Source: Cyanidioschyzon merolae (lineage: Eukaryota). Taken from it: 64,000 nucleotides of DNA. The notes below the pieces were generated by a model. It had not been told where the DNA came from, searched no databases, and saw nothing but the letters and a program-made list of their open reading frames with translations. Where the stretch lies: NCBI GenBank assembly GCA_000091205.1, contig AP006496.2; one strand, 5' to 3'. Positions 39,964 through 52,944 of this stretch are shown here, piece after piece. The first letter of the stretch is position 1. Each line of letters starts with the position of its first letter. Both the position numbers and the translations under genes were made by a program.

Positions 39964-42937
39964 GTGCCTTTGGAAGCATTTCCCAGAACAAATATCGTGC
40001 CTATGTCGAATACAGTTCCGTTAAAGGCCAAAAAAGATGAGGATTGATGTTTCGAACGGAATCGAATATTTGATGGGATACGTTCAGTGCACTTTCGGCA
40101 TGAGCACATGAAGAACGCATCAAGGGACGATGCCGAACGTTCTTCTTCGTACGTCTAGCGGCGGGAACGGTAGTGCGCCTACCAGTTGCAAAGGAGCCGC
40201 AAAATCGACCACTTGAAGCGCGCAAGATTTGAGCGTGCCACATGAAAGAAAAAGAGAAGCGTCGAAGTTTGCGCGTATGTATTGGTTGATGATGCCCAAT
40301 CGTGTAGGAAAGCTTGTCTCATGGCGTTGCGGATCATCCTGGTGAAGGTAACGTAACGAATACCAGGAACGATGCGTCGAAGGAGCCACTCCGGACAGAC
40401 GACCAAACATCCTAAACCTACGTATGCATCCATTATACCTCATTGCTGTACTTCGAATGTCAAGGCTGCACCTCTAATGAATCGTTCGAACACAAAATCA
40501 AAAGGCAGGAACACACCGATCTGTTCAGTGTTCCGGCTCGATTCGACACCGGCTTGGATGGACGAGCGCGTGATACGCTCGTAACGCCGGGGACTCTCAT
40601 GGTCTCGGAAGCACGCTTCAGTGTCCCGTCTTCACCGAAGGCGGTTCTTCTGGTGTCACTTGGTATGGTTGCTGTGGTATACGCCTTGCAAGTTTACGAC
40701 GTGCGTAACGAGGAGAAGGTGCGACGCCGGCGAGTAGAGCGACAGGCGGAGGCGTTGCGCAAGTCGCCACAACTTACAGACGAGCAGTTTCGACAACTGC
40801 AACAAGTCCGGCCCTTGTACCCGGGGGACCTTTACGCTTTGCGGGAGGAACGCTGGGAAACCCTGCAGAGACGCATCCGCGAGTGGCTACCGCGCTGGAG
40901 TCCTCGGGAACGGGCGGGCGTTCTCGGGAGCGACGACTCCGTGGCTATGCTTAACACCGAAAGAGAGCGTTTTTCTGTGAAATCCGCAACCGAACGTATT
41001 GATAGCTCCTGATATGCCGTTTCAGCGGTAGCGAGCGATCTAAGTCGAACAGGGCGACCTGCTGTCGCTGACCCAGAACGATTCGTATCGGCAAGGCACG
41101 AGAACGTGACTCCCTCCATCTTCTATATTTGGCTCTACAAACATCCACGAGACACGCCGCTGTGTGGCAGTGCTCACAATGAGAAGCGGTGTCCACAGCA
41201 AATTGTACCACGTAGCCGCGGCAAGAGGTCAATCCGGTTACAGAACCTACATCCGCTGGCAATGCACTGGAATGGATGCAATCTTAGTGTCGTAGCGCGA
41301 TAGGGGCGCACGTACGCGCCCCCAGCGATGCGAGCGCAGCATTGCTTAGGCGGAATCCCAGGGGCTCAAACACGCAGCCGGGGCTTGAGTGCAGCCAGTA
41401 CGGTGTCGAGCAATGCCATGATCATGAACCTCGCCTGCGTAGCAAGACTGTTCATGCGTGGCGAAAACCGACCAATCTCCTCGTATGTATCGCTTGATCC
41501 CTAATGGAGCGCGTGTTTTTGTGTGACCGCAGACTGGCGTCGAGTGCGATGCATACGCGCCAACATTTGTGAGATCTGGTATATTGTTGGCGTTGCCTGC
41601 TGCCGGCCTCAATACGAGCGCAACGCTCCCCGGATCCTGGATTTGCATCAGGAACCTGACCAATGACAAGATCCACCTTTTGGCACGCCCCACAACTGTA
41701 CATCGTCGTGTAAACGTGTCCGCATTGCGTTACCAAGCACGAGGCATTCCCCTACATCGCAGGCATCGATGGATGCGCTGCAGCGCAGCGGAAGACGATC
41801 CAACCTTTACGCATCTCGATTCTGAACAGGCCACATCCGAGTGCTCGTGCAGACATGAGGGGCACCGAGGCGTCCCGCCAGGCGTCCCAGCTGGCTGCGA
41901 GTCGACAACCTGCTGCTCGCAGCAGAGCTCGTCCACGAAGTATCGGGAGGTTCCCGAATCCGCAAAGTTTCCCTCATGGTGACGGACTGACCGCAGTCCA
42001 CTGCCCGACGAGTTCAGCTCATCGTCGGACATTGGCACCAGCAGGTGTATTGCAGCGATTCGGAGTCGGCTCCGATGTGCACGTCCACCAGTTCACTTGG
42101 TGTAGGTAGGATCGATGAAGCTATCCAGATTCCCGTGGAGCACGCATACCACTACCAACACGGCCACCACCAGTGACCCTTTCGAAACACTCAACCGTAA
42201 CAAAGCTCCTTTGTGGCAGAATTGCCACCAGCACTAGACCCAGCAGAACACAGACCTGTCGCTCGGCATATGCCATGGGCGACTCTGTTATGCCGCAGGA
42301 TCGCCGCACAGATCATGCAGGCGCACCGCCTGCGCATTAGCGGTGATGCCGCCCCTCCCGTGAACCTGATCCGCGCCCGCCTCTTGACGGCGACATGGCT
42401 CGCGGAGCATGGTTGAACCCCGCCTCGAGCTGGCGCCCGCAAGGGCATAGCGAAACCGTTCTATCTGCGTGCGGTAGCCGCAACGCGACAACAGACACGC
42501 ACCTGACAATGGGCATCCGGGAAACCGCTTCAACGGAACATTACCCCGCGAAGCACGGTCTGGTGTGCTGCAGACAGAACATTATGAGTCTGGAACAGAT
42601 TACGATTGACTTTTGCTTGATGCCGATGACAATGGCTCATCCTGAGGAATCCTGCTTAAATGCATCAATCCTACACCATGAAAAGTCGTGCACGCACGAC
42701 ACCGGATGCGATGCGTGCCGCAGATCGCCTCCAGAAGGCCGTCACCGCATACTCGCCGTGCGTGCATCTCGCACCGCCGCCGGCGCATGCGTGACGGCTA
42801 CACGTGTATTTTCTCCTCAACGATCTCACGCATAACGCGGGGTTGTCCATTAAGAGGCTCGCTGCGGAGGCGCCTACCCCAACGACACAGGAGCGTCCAA
42901 GGCCAACGCCTGCCGTTCCTTGTTAGAAAAGGCAACT

Positions 42938-44464
42938 ATGCTGTGCCAAGTTCGAGGCAGCGAAAGCGATCTCCTGCGGCTTGCTGCCGAGAACCCCGAG
43001 GGATTCGGACCCTGCATACGGCCCAGCGGTTGCTATTTTCGGGAAGAACTGGACGCGCTTCTGGCGCGCCCGCCTGTTGATGGACAGGTGCGGCAGCGAA
43101 GTTTTTCGGGAAGTTTGCTACCGAAACTGGGCGCGGCAGCGCAGGGTCTCAGTGCGTGCTGCACAGGGCTGGAATCAAGGCGTTGCGTTGCGCAGCTTGG
43201 GCACGTCAGTAAGCCACCAGCTGCGCTTTGCGAGCGTCTGGTTTTGTTTATCATTGACTATGACGACACCTTGTATCCAACGAGTCAACTGGGGTCTGCT
43301 GTGCTTCAGCTACAGAGGTTGGAGGAGCTGGCCCAGGCGCAGGCTACCCGCGAAGCTTCACAGCGTGCGGTGGAGGTTCCGCGCTCCCCGAGGTGCTCCT
43401 CACTGCCGCCGAGTCCTGACACGCGTTCCTCAGTGATGCTTGTTTTGGATGACTCTATACCCTATCCGAGTTCCATGCAGCTGGACCAGCACCCATCGGA
43501 GGCGGCTGACGAGATGCATGCGGATGCTCCGTCGGCCGTGCCGAGCATTCGCCCTGGCAGGAGCCCGGGGACCCCGTACGCCACCAGCGAGATCACGTCG
43601 ATATTCACGCAGTTGGCGTATGCTCCCGCTGAGCTGTACGCCTTATGCGTTGAGCTCGACGAAACGGTTTCAGCCTTTCTAACTCTCTGTCTTGACTCGG
43701 GTCGGAACCATCACGTCTCTATTGTAACGAATGCTGACTTGCGTTGGGTGTTTTCCTCGAGTAGGGGCGCGCTACCCCGTACCCATCGTCTGCTATTTGA
43801 CAAAACCGTTTTCGACGCGGAGGCTGGTGCCATTCACACCAGCACTAGCACGAGCCGTACATGTGCTTGCATTTCGGCTCGCGGGCGGTATGGTGACCTG
43901 CGTGATGACGGTACCGAGGCCGTCGGCAGAGACCCGACTGACTGGAAAGTGGCCTGTTTTCGCGACGAAATCGAGAGAGTTCTTGGCGAACGAGATGCGC
44001 TAAGGCGTGAATGGGCTTTTTGGCAGCAGCAGCAGGAGCTCCGCAAGCAAGTCCTGCACGGAAGCACACTCTGGGACGATGCGTTCGAGACCGTATGCGA
44101 GAAGGAGCCCTGCGAACGCTGTCTGGATGCACATCGGCAATTCGAAAGCGATCGACGGCAGCGAGGTATTCGTATGCCTTCCGTCGCCTCCCGAGCTTGT
44201 TTGACGAAAATCCCCTTTGACCTCTTCGTGATCGGTGATAGTGAATATGAAATGGAAGCTGCTCGAAAGATTCATGTCGAATTTCCCATGGCCCGTCTGA
44301 AAGCCATCAAGATGATCGAAGAACCTAGCATGGTGGATATTATGCATCAGCTCAGAGAACTTGCGAAAGAATTACCAGCGTTTATTCAGGCCCGTGGAGA
44401 TCTCCAGCTGGAGCTGGCAAAGTCAACTGGTACGTCTTTGGATGACGTGCACACCTTAACTTGA
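42938..44464 (+). CDS. Hypothetical protein (509 aa), possibly HAD-like
   Basis: Track start 42920 is TTG. ATG at 42938. 'LFIIDYDDTLYPTS' resembles HAD motif I and 'FDLFVIGDSEYEMEAARK' a motif-IV-like segment. Otherwise unassigned. Confidence 0.35.
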   Translation: MLCQVRGSESDLLRLAAENPEGFGPCIRPSGCYFREELDALLARPPVDGQVRQRSFSGSLLPKLGAAAQGLSACCTGLESRRCVAQLGHVSKPPAALCERLVLFIIDYDDTLYPTSQLGSAVLQLQRLEELAQAQATREASQRAVEVPRSPRCSSLPPSPDTRSSVMLVLDDSIPYPSSMQLDQHPSEAADEMHADAPSAVPSIRPGRSPGTPYATSEITSIFTQLAYAPAELYALCVELDETVSAFLTLCLDSGRNHHVSIVTNADLRWVFSSSRGALPRTHRLLFDKTVFDAEAGAIHTSTSTSRTCACISARGRYGDLRDDGTEAVGRDPTDWKVACFRDEIERVLGERDALRREWAFWQQQQELRKQVLHGSTLWDDAFETVCEKEPCERCLDAHRQFESDRRQRGIRMPSVASRACLTKIPFDLFVIGDSEYEMEAARKIHVEFPMARLKAIKMIEEPSMVDIMHQLRELAKELPAFIQARGDLQLELAKSTGTSLDDVHTLT

Positions 44465-46696
44465 TTGCAGAACCGCTTGTTTGCTCGCGTAAAACATGTA
44501 CACTGACCAAGATCAAAATGCAGGAACGCCAATATCTTCTACGAATTGCCTGGGAGAATCGGTCCCGGTTTCTGTATACAGCGATTCAGGCTTGCTGGAC
44601 GCCTGCTTCGTGGAACCCCAGTGTCTCGCGATCGGCGAGAGTCCAACGCGCTCTCACCCGACCACTGATGTATTTGCATCGCAAGTCTTCGGCAATTCAG
44701 TGCATTACCTAGACTGTGTTCTAAACAATGCCCTCCAAGTCCACGCACCCCAGAGCCGCTAAAAGCCCCGGAGGCATGACATCATCGTCGAAAAATGACC
44801 AAGGTGTTCAAGTCTGTGTCCAGAGAGTGCTTGCGCGCATGGTCGCTGGCGGAATCACACGGAAACGAGCGTCGCTCCATCGATCGCATGGCCATCCGAC
44901 GTTTCCTCATCTTAACGGACATCTTCTGATGCATATGAATTTGTTTGCAATCCCATCTTCCCGATCTATTCCAGGTGCACCTGTGCTCTTTATAAGCGTA
45001 CCTCGTCCGAAACGCATCGGTGTTCGTGGTCCAGAATCGATTCCTGCACCCGTCGCACGTTGTCGTCGAAGGATGCGGCGTGCCGCTTTCGTGCGTGGCA
45101 CTACGTCCAGCGTTATTGGATACCACGAAACGGCGCCTCGTATCGGCGATTTCCATCTTCAATTCATTGCAATGTATCATGGATGCACGCATGTTGCCTC
45201 CTTAGAACCGAGACCTGTGGAGATGTCGGCTCGGTTTCGTGGGCACCCGCCAAAGATCGCCCGCATGAGCCGCTTGGACGCTCATCTACGCTCTCTGAAT
45301 AAAGCCTCCAAAACGTCCCTTCTGCTTGGTAGGGTGCTCAGAGCATGGTGATGTGTTCGGATACCGTCATGCCAACTGTTCGTATTCCTTTTAGCGTTCC
45401 TATGTCCGACGCTCAATCATACAGATCCCTCGACAAACGGAGCAGCTCCAACTGCTTTCCGTTCCTGCGTTTCGCCCCGTGCGCTCGATTTTTCTGTACA
45501 GCAACGACCATGACGATCTTGGACCCGGAATCCGGGCTCACCACGAAGCGTTCCTCTTCAGCTGCCTTGCACGGGTGAAAACGAGTCTCGTTAGATAACT
45601 CAGGCCTTGATTTCAGGAGTTTTACACAGATCATGCAGATGGATATTCTGTCGGTCTCTCAAGTCTTTGCGTACTTCTTTCCATTTTCTGCCCGTCTACG
45701 GGGAACCTTGATCGAGCTCCACCAATGCCCATTGCGAACTTTGTCGAATGCTTCATCGTTGATCACAGGTACCGACTACATCGCTTGTTCTTGCGCGGTA
45801 TGCTGCTATAGATGTCGCCTCTAGACTTCATACCCGCTTACTTCCGGTTAGTTCAGACGCACTGGATGCGCAGCAACACAGAATCACGTCTTTTCTATGT
45901 ATTTACCCACCATTCCTCGACTACAATTCATTCACCCTCTACGTCGTGAGCACGCTCACGGGCAGAAGCGAACCTTTCTGCCCCGGCCCGAGCTCGAGTA
46001 GAGAAGCGGCGTACCTGTCCAATGGTGCTGAAGGTAGAGAACAACTCGAGTAGAAACATGCGAGTTTCAAAACGGTGTTCGATAACAGACAAGACACCTG
46101 CGACTGCACTTACCTGGATCGACAGAACTTCTACACTAGCCAGGCATCGCCGATTCCGCGATTATCGTCGGTATCGCGGAGCGTGTCTCTCGTTCTTCGT
46201 ACGACATTCAAGCTCCGTAACCCATACTTATCCATGGAGATTCTGGCCATTCCGTACGTTTCATCGTGCTTCAAACCTGCCGTGAACGTCCGTCATAGCA
46301 CTTGTGGCGCCGGTGCGCACGCTACATGGAACAGAGCAGTGTTGTTTTGGACTGTACTGATGTAGGGCGAATAGGCTGGCCCAGGGAGCAGCTCAACGCC
46401 AATCTCAGCTGCATAATCCCTCGGCCGCTTTTGAGTGATGCAACCCGAAGTCGTCCATGACCAGGACAGAATCGTGTCGGCAGGAGAATCAGCGAGCAGT
46501 ACTGCGATGAAGGATGCAGTGTTTTACCATACTGCCGCTCTGGCGACGAACAGACGACCGCATGATTGCATCGTCGCTCGGGAAGCTGTTGTGGACGCGC
46601 GCGCATGGCCGCCTCTGTACGAAGAGCGGTTTGCCCCTACTGGAGTTCCCCTGCAAACGCCTGTCATGTCAAGTCTCGTCGAGTGAGCCGAACACG

Positions 46697-46725
46697 TGCT
46701 GCTGCTGCTGCTGCTGCTACTGCTG
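46697..46725. repeat. (GCT)n microsatellite
   Basis: gctgctgctgctgctgctgctactgctg. Confidence 0.7.
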
Positions 46726-48511
46726 GAATAGGCGGTCGCATTCCAGTACGTCACCGATGATGTGTTGTTCATGGAATGACGGTCTAGAAGCGCGATATCG
46801 TTTCTTCTATCATCGTATCGTATCGAAAATGCAGAGAACTTTACATGCGCTGACTTCATTAACAGTACTTCGCAGACAACCTACGGGGTAGGATGCCTTG
46901 ACGAGGACAAAGGCATGTAAACAACGCTTGAAAAGTTCTTCTTTGGGTGCACAACATTCAGTTCAAGGACCAGAATACTTGCAATGAACCTACCTGCTGG
47001 CCGTATATATAATGACGCTCACAAGTGAGGACGTTTTCTCGCGCGAGCAGTGTCAGTATGATGTGTTTGAGGAACCCTCCTCCGATCAACAAGTTATATT
47101 CTTCTGTTGAATATCCGCGAGACGAAATCACAAAAACAAAAACGGGTGTGCTCACAAAGACGTTTCAACACTCAAGGCTCTGAGTGTAGCGCCACGGTAT
47201 ACCTAGTCGACAGTCCAGGCTTTGTATCCAGAGCGTTCCACATAGATCGTGTATCCGTAGTGTACTGCGGCCGGAAAAGCGCCTTGCGCACCGAAGCCGC
47301 TCCCACACTCGTAAAACATCACCCACAGTGCATCACAATCGGGCGGTGACTGGCATGCAGCCGGCACCCCGTACAGCCAACACGCGACGAGAGTATTCAC
47401 AGAGCACTTGGTTTTCGATACCAAAGTACCTGTTTACATTCGAAAACACCAATGGGATTGCAGTCCTGGAAGACGGCACCTCGCGCAAAGTCGGATGCTC
47501 TATGCCGGGGAACGGCGCACCGTGCGCTTCGCTCGCCCTGGGATCAGCAACGGACTCCACGCGTTTCAGGGAATGTGAAGAGAACAAACACGAGCCAGGT
47601 CCGGAATCTCTGATGGTTCGTTGCATCGAGTTTAGAGAAATGGTCGAAGCGTCGCTACCGAACACAAGCGGATCCGGTACTTCGCCATTTTCGTTAACGC
47701 CTGGCATTTGCCAGGAGTGTCCGGTTCCGTTGCAGATCAATGGTCGTTGCACAACGAACAGCATGCGATCCACAAGACTCGGAACGAGAAGCGCATACGT
47801 GCGCATTCAAACAAATACGCTCATTAGACGTGGGATTCCGAATGTGCTCGGCGGTGTCAGTCCAGAGTTTCCTCTTTCATCACTCCAGGTGATCATGTGC
47901 ACGCCCTTAACTCCTCTGAAATGCTGCACTACACTTCAAAAGATATTTGGAGACGTCGACAGCAATGAAGTCACTAAAGATAACCTTACCACCATTACCA
48001 AAGCAAATCTCTGTTTGAGCGCACTTTGTATGCATCAATCGCCATCATGACCCGGGAACGACATGACATCACTGGAAGCACCGCGTATCATGTACGCATG
48101 CGCTGTGTATGTTCTATGTATGCATCGTATACAAATCATAGATTGCCTATTCATGAATCATGCATCCGCGCTCTAGAAATACTCGATGCACGCACGTACG
48201 CAACGCGTCGACCTAGGCGGATATCAGGTAAGCGGCATGCGTGCATGCTGAAAATACCCAAACAAGTATCATAGAAGAGATCTTCTTTGTGGCGACAAGT
48301 AACCAGACTAAACCGATGATTACTTCCTCGGTATGTGAGCGCAGGAAGAAAACGACACATCCCGAGAACGCTGGCAACGTTCCCCGTAAAACAGCGCCGC
48401 CAACATAGCTGCTTTGCGCACCCTGCACATGCATGCATAGAATGCGCTTGATGGCCCAAAATATTGGTACTTGGGGAAGCGCCTTGGAAAACATTTTCCA
48501 GACCGCAAATC

Positions 48512-50761
48512 TTACGCATGCTGCCCATCCAATACGGCATCCACTTCTTCGGCATCGACGGCAAAAGCTGAGACAAACCCCGGTGTTGCTGGTGCAGGAT
48601 GCGCGAATACACTACCATTTGTCGGTGCATCCTGGTCATCGAGAGCGTGCTCCGTCTGTCGTCGCCACATATCTGCATAGTGCCCATTCAGCGCGAGAAG
48701 CGCTGTGTGCGTGCCTCGCTCCACAATACGGCCTTGGTGTAGCACCAGAATCTCATCGGCGTTGACGATTGTTGCGAGTCGATGAGCAACGACCAAAACC
48801 GTTCGATTTTGGCCCAGCTCATCCAACGCAGCTGTTATCTCGCGTTCGGTTTTCGAGTCAAGCGCCGAAGTTGCTTCATCCAAACAGAGAATCCGCGGGT
48901 TCCGGAGGATCGCTCGTGCAATTGCTACCCGTTGTTTCTCACCACCGCTGAGGCGAATGCCGCGCTCGCCGACTAGCGTATCGTACTGGTCGGGCATCGC
49001 ACGAATCGTCTCGTCAATTTTGGCAAGGCGGGCGGCCTCCTCTACCTCCGTCTTGCTCGCGGTTACGTTGCCGTAGGCGATGTTGTAAAATATCGTGTCG
49101 TTAAAAAGAGCTGCCTCCTGTGGAATGAACCCGATCGCTGCCCGCAACGACGACTGGCGAATATTGCGAATCGATTGACCATCAATCAGGATATTGCCCT
49201 CTGTTGCATCGTATAGGCGGTACAGGAGACGTAGGATGGTCGACTTGCCGCCGCCGCTTCCGCCGACGATAGCCGTCTTCTTCCCCGGTGGCACTCGGAA
49301 ACTAATATCGGATAAAACAGGACGCAGCTGACCAGTTACCGGTTCGGGATAGGCGAAGCTCACACGCTCGAAGCGGATCTCGCCGCCTTGACGCAGTTCC
49401 AGCTCGACTGCGTCAGCAGCATCGCAGACAGTAGGTCGCCTTCGTAACAAATCGAATAGATTCTCCAAGTCGACAAGAGCGGCTTTGAGCTCCCGCGTTT
49501 GCCATCCGAGGAACTGCAGCGGCACGCTGAGTTGCTGGAACAGCGATCCAGCCATGACGAGGTCACCGACGGTGAGCGCCTGCTGGACAACACCCCAGGC
49601 GCCGAAAGCATTGATCATAGCATAGGCGACGTTGAAGATCGTCGCCTGCCCTGCATTCAGGAGCGCATACATGCCCTCGTTGCGTACGGCACACTCCTCG
49701 TACGCAGCAAGAACCTTGTCGAAACGGACAGTCTCAAAATTAGCTCGGTCAAAGTATTTCACTGTATCAAAGTTCATCAGCGAGTCAGTGGCCTTGGCGT
49801 TGGCCTCATTATCCAAGTCATTCAAGCGCCGCCGAATAGGAATGAAAGATCGATTCACCCGCAGCGTGAAGAGCACGTAAAATACAAAGAAGGCCAGCGT
49901 GGCTGCGCTCATACTCCAGCTTAACCGCGTTGCCATGATCACGCACACCAGCAACAACTCGAACATCGACGGCAGAAAACTCAAGAAGAGCGCTCGAAAA
50001 AGCGTCATCACCGAGCGGGTGCCACGATTCACAATAGCCGTGACCTGGCCGACTTTGGCCGTCAACAGAAACGAATGATCCAGCTCCAGGAGGTGCTTGA
50101 ACGTCGCACGCGAGATCTGTCGACCTATGCGCTGCGCAGCACGAATGAAGACAATGCTCCGCAACTCATGCAGGACGTTGCCTAGCGTTCGCAGCATGCC
50201 ATGCATGCAGAAGAGGATAATCGCAATGAGTGCCCAGCGCTCTCCGGTTGCCGCCCCACTGCTCAGTGCATCGATACCACGCTTGAATAGAAACGGCACA
50301 CAGACTAGCAGCACTTTCGACAGCACCATAAGGACCAGGGCAATCATAAATCGGCGGGGCAGATCAGGTTCGTGGCGAAACAGTGCTTGTAAGTACCGCA
50401 GAAATACCCGGAACGTCGACTGGGCGCCTGGTAGCGAAAGCTCTTCCGCAGTCCGGTATTCGGCGTCAAAAGCAGACTGTTTCTGGAGACTGTAGGGTTC
50501 CAAGAGCCTTCTGTCAATGCAACACTCATCGATATCATGCACGGGTACGAAGAGCTTTTCGAAGACCTCTGGTGACCCGGTCGGCGGTTTCGAGGCGTTT
50601 GCTGCTGAACAGCGCCAGCTGCGGGCCAGCGGCTCCTTGGTCGGTTTTCGCAGCAACTGCTGGTACGGCGTGCACTTTGCTCGAGGCGCGCAACCCGGAA
50701 ACCGCCTTGGCAGACTGGTTCTGTGTAACGTCACGCGAGGTACAGCGAACACGAAAGCCAT
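48512..50761 (-). CDS. ABC half-transporter, ABCB7/ATM1-like (mitochondrial-type), TMD-NBD
   Basis: Track start 50782 is GTG. ATG at 50761. N-terminus R/S-rich (presequence-like). Walker A 'GGSGGGKSTILRLLYRLYD', signature 'LSGGEKQRVAIARAIL', Walker B 'ILCLDEATSALD', 'VVAHRLATIVNADEILVL'. NBD is collinear with human ABCB7. Confidence 0.85.
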   Translation of the reverse strand: MAFVFAVPRVTLHRTSLPRRFPGCAPRAKCTPYQQLLRKPTKEPLARSWRCSAANASKPPTGSPEVFEKLFVPVHDIDECCIDRRLLEPYSLQKQSAFDAEYRTAEELSLPGAQSTFRVFLRYLQALFRHEPDLPRRFMIALVLMVLSKVLLVCVPFLFKRGIDALSSGAATGERWALIAIILFCMHGMLRTLGNVLHELRSIVFIRAAQRIGRQISRATFKHLLELDHSFLLTAKVGQVTAIVNRGTRSVMTLFRALFLSFLPSMFELLLVCVIMATRLSWSMSAATLAFFVFYVLFTLRVNRSFIPIRRRLNDLDNEANAKATDSLMNFDTVKYFDRANFETVRFDKVLAAYEECAVRNEGMYALLNAGQATIFNVAYAMINAFGAWGVVQQALTVGDLVMAGSLFQQLSVPLQFLGWQTRELKAALVDLENLFDLLRRRPTVCDAADAVELELRQGGEIRFERVSFAYPEPVTGQLRPVLSDISFRVPPGKKTAIVGGSGGGKSTILRLLYRLYDATEGNILIDGQSIRNIRQSSLRAAIGFIPQEAALFNDTIFYNIAYGNVTASKTEVEEAARLAKIDETIRAMPDQYDTLVGERGIRLSGGEKQRVAIARAILRNPRILCLDEATSALDSKTEREITAALDELGQNRTVLVVAHRLATIVNADEILVLHQGRIVERGTHTALLALNGHYADMWRRQTEHALDDQDAPTNGSVFAHPAPATPGFVSAFAVDAEEVDAVLDGQHA

Positions 50762-52944
50762 GCTTGGCTCGAACGTGCGCACCAGTGCACCGCGTAGAGA
50801 AGACGGGCCCAGCTGAAGCCTATGTCCTCTGAATTGACCAATGAACCTCCAAAACAGTCAATTGACGCGAGAGAAATTCTCGCTAGCTTCACCACAAGCA
50901 AGAATGTTGAGCGTTCCGCCCACACCTGCCGAGACGGTGGAACCAATGGAACCACGCGGACGCTACAGTTTCTTCAAAATACGAGCGCTCTATCCAAAGG
51001 GAGCAGCTAACCACGCCGTATCCGTCTAAAAGCGCAAGTTTCGTGCCAAAGCCTCCGTAGCACGCGTTCGTAGCCTATATCGTTCCTGGTGCAACCTGAA
51101 GCTCCGGGGATTGTTTCGTGCGATCGGCACCGGATCGTTCACGCCCGAGGCGAGCGGCCGAGGACGCTTCATTCTGCGAACATGAAAATCGAAAAGTGCC
51201 GTGCCGCAACGCTCAGGATTCGCTGGAAGGCACACCTGGACGCTTCCATCGGTTAGCAAAGAAATAGACTCGACACAGGTGTCGGTGAAGAAGCTGACGG
51301 TGCTTTCGTATGCACAGGCTGCGCTCAGACGTACCGACACACGCGTCGTACTATCGTGGAACACTGAGATACAGGCTCTGTTCTATGCTTGAGATTTTTA
51401 CGAACATGTTTCTCGATGTACATCCTCAATTTTTGACGTACAACAAAAAGGATTAATGAATGCAAGTTTAGTTTGGGATTATTGATTGTCAGTTCGGAAT
51501 GGCTCATTCGACGCGTTCCCGCTGGAGTTCGTGACGATCCGAGACTACAGATGATTCGTGACGCTCTCCAACAAGAGCTCCTAAACTAATCGATATAGAC
51601 ATCCAATGCATACGTAAAGGCCTGCACGCTCGTCCTTTCCTGACGTATACCATGCTCAAATCATGCACTATTCAAATTTCTGGTCTCGCTGTTTCAACGC
51701 AACGCGCGGGAACAGCAAATCGCGCTGCAGTATTGACGAGGAAAAGAATCCGACGACGAGCCCTGACAGCTTCCTCATATACGCTTATGCCGTAAGTTCC
51801 ATGAATTTGTCGCATCAAGTGATCGACTCCGTTCGATAGACAAATTCTCATCGCTTTGCGGCCTTCGGCGAAACTGGACTCGACAGCAGCATGATACCTC
51901 GCATGGGATATGTTTCCAGAGACGGCAGGCTCTTCTGCTCACACGGGAATGGGTGTTAGGCTCGGACTTCAGTCACCGCAGTGATCGCTTCTGGTGGAAG
52001 GTGCGCCAACGCTCGGCATGATGGGTGCCTAGGCGGGTCGAAAGCTGTTGCCTTCTCCGCCAGCTTGGATTCTCCTTCCCGAACTTGTATCATTATGGTC
52101 ATCGTCGCTTTCCGTAAATCCTCTATCGAATGAGACTGTGTGCACTTGCGTGCGCAGCAGACGGAATACTCGCAGAGGGCATCACCCAGAAGAAGCCCGT
52201 CACCATAGGGTACGGCACCCAGCACGGAAACGAAGGAGCGCATCGTGACGAGCTTTTCGTACCCGTCATCGGCACGTACCGAGTGATGAAGGGAATGTTC
52301 ACGTGGAGCAGAGCAGACCTCGGAGAATCAGGTACGGTGGACATATCCGAACAACTGGCTACACGCAGGAGTCGCTGCTGTAAAGCGTGCACTGAGACGA
52401 AACGCAAAAAAGATGAAAATGAGAAGTGAGGCGTCGATCGCAACGACCGTCTGGGCATGAAATGCGTGCAAAACGTACACAAGTAGCGAAACTGGGACTT
52501 AAACGCTACCGTACATATCCGTTGACAGCGGACAATGGAACATGAGGGATTGGTGAGACCGTCGTCGCATTGAAAGCTGATCACGAGAGAGAGAGGAACA
52601 AGATGCGGTTGCAGAAAAAATCTCGTAGAGGCTGGTGTTGATGAAAATGAGAAGCGTCCCAAACTTGAGGGTTTCCATCCGAACGAGTATCCCGGTTCAG
52701 CGTTATTCTGACATGGGCGTGAAAACATCAGAGCATGGCTCTGGTCCCTGCAATGCATCATGCCGCCTCTGTTACGGTCCGCTTCGCTCTGGTATGCTCG
52801 AGTGCGATATCCACTAATGGCAGTGGTCTCGCGCGCCTGCTCAGCGCACGGAACTCGACTGCGCATGAGCCGCAGCGTTTCGCGCACCGGACTTGCACTG
52901 ACTCAAACGCATACCCGATCAGCATCAGCCGGGTATATCCCGAG

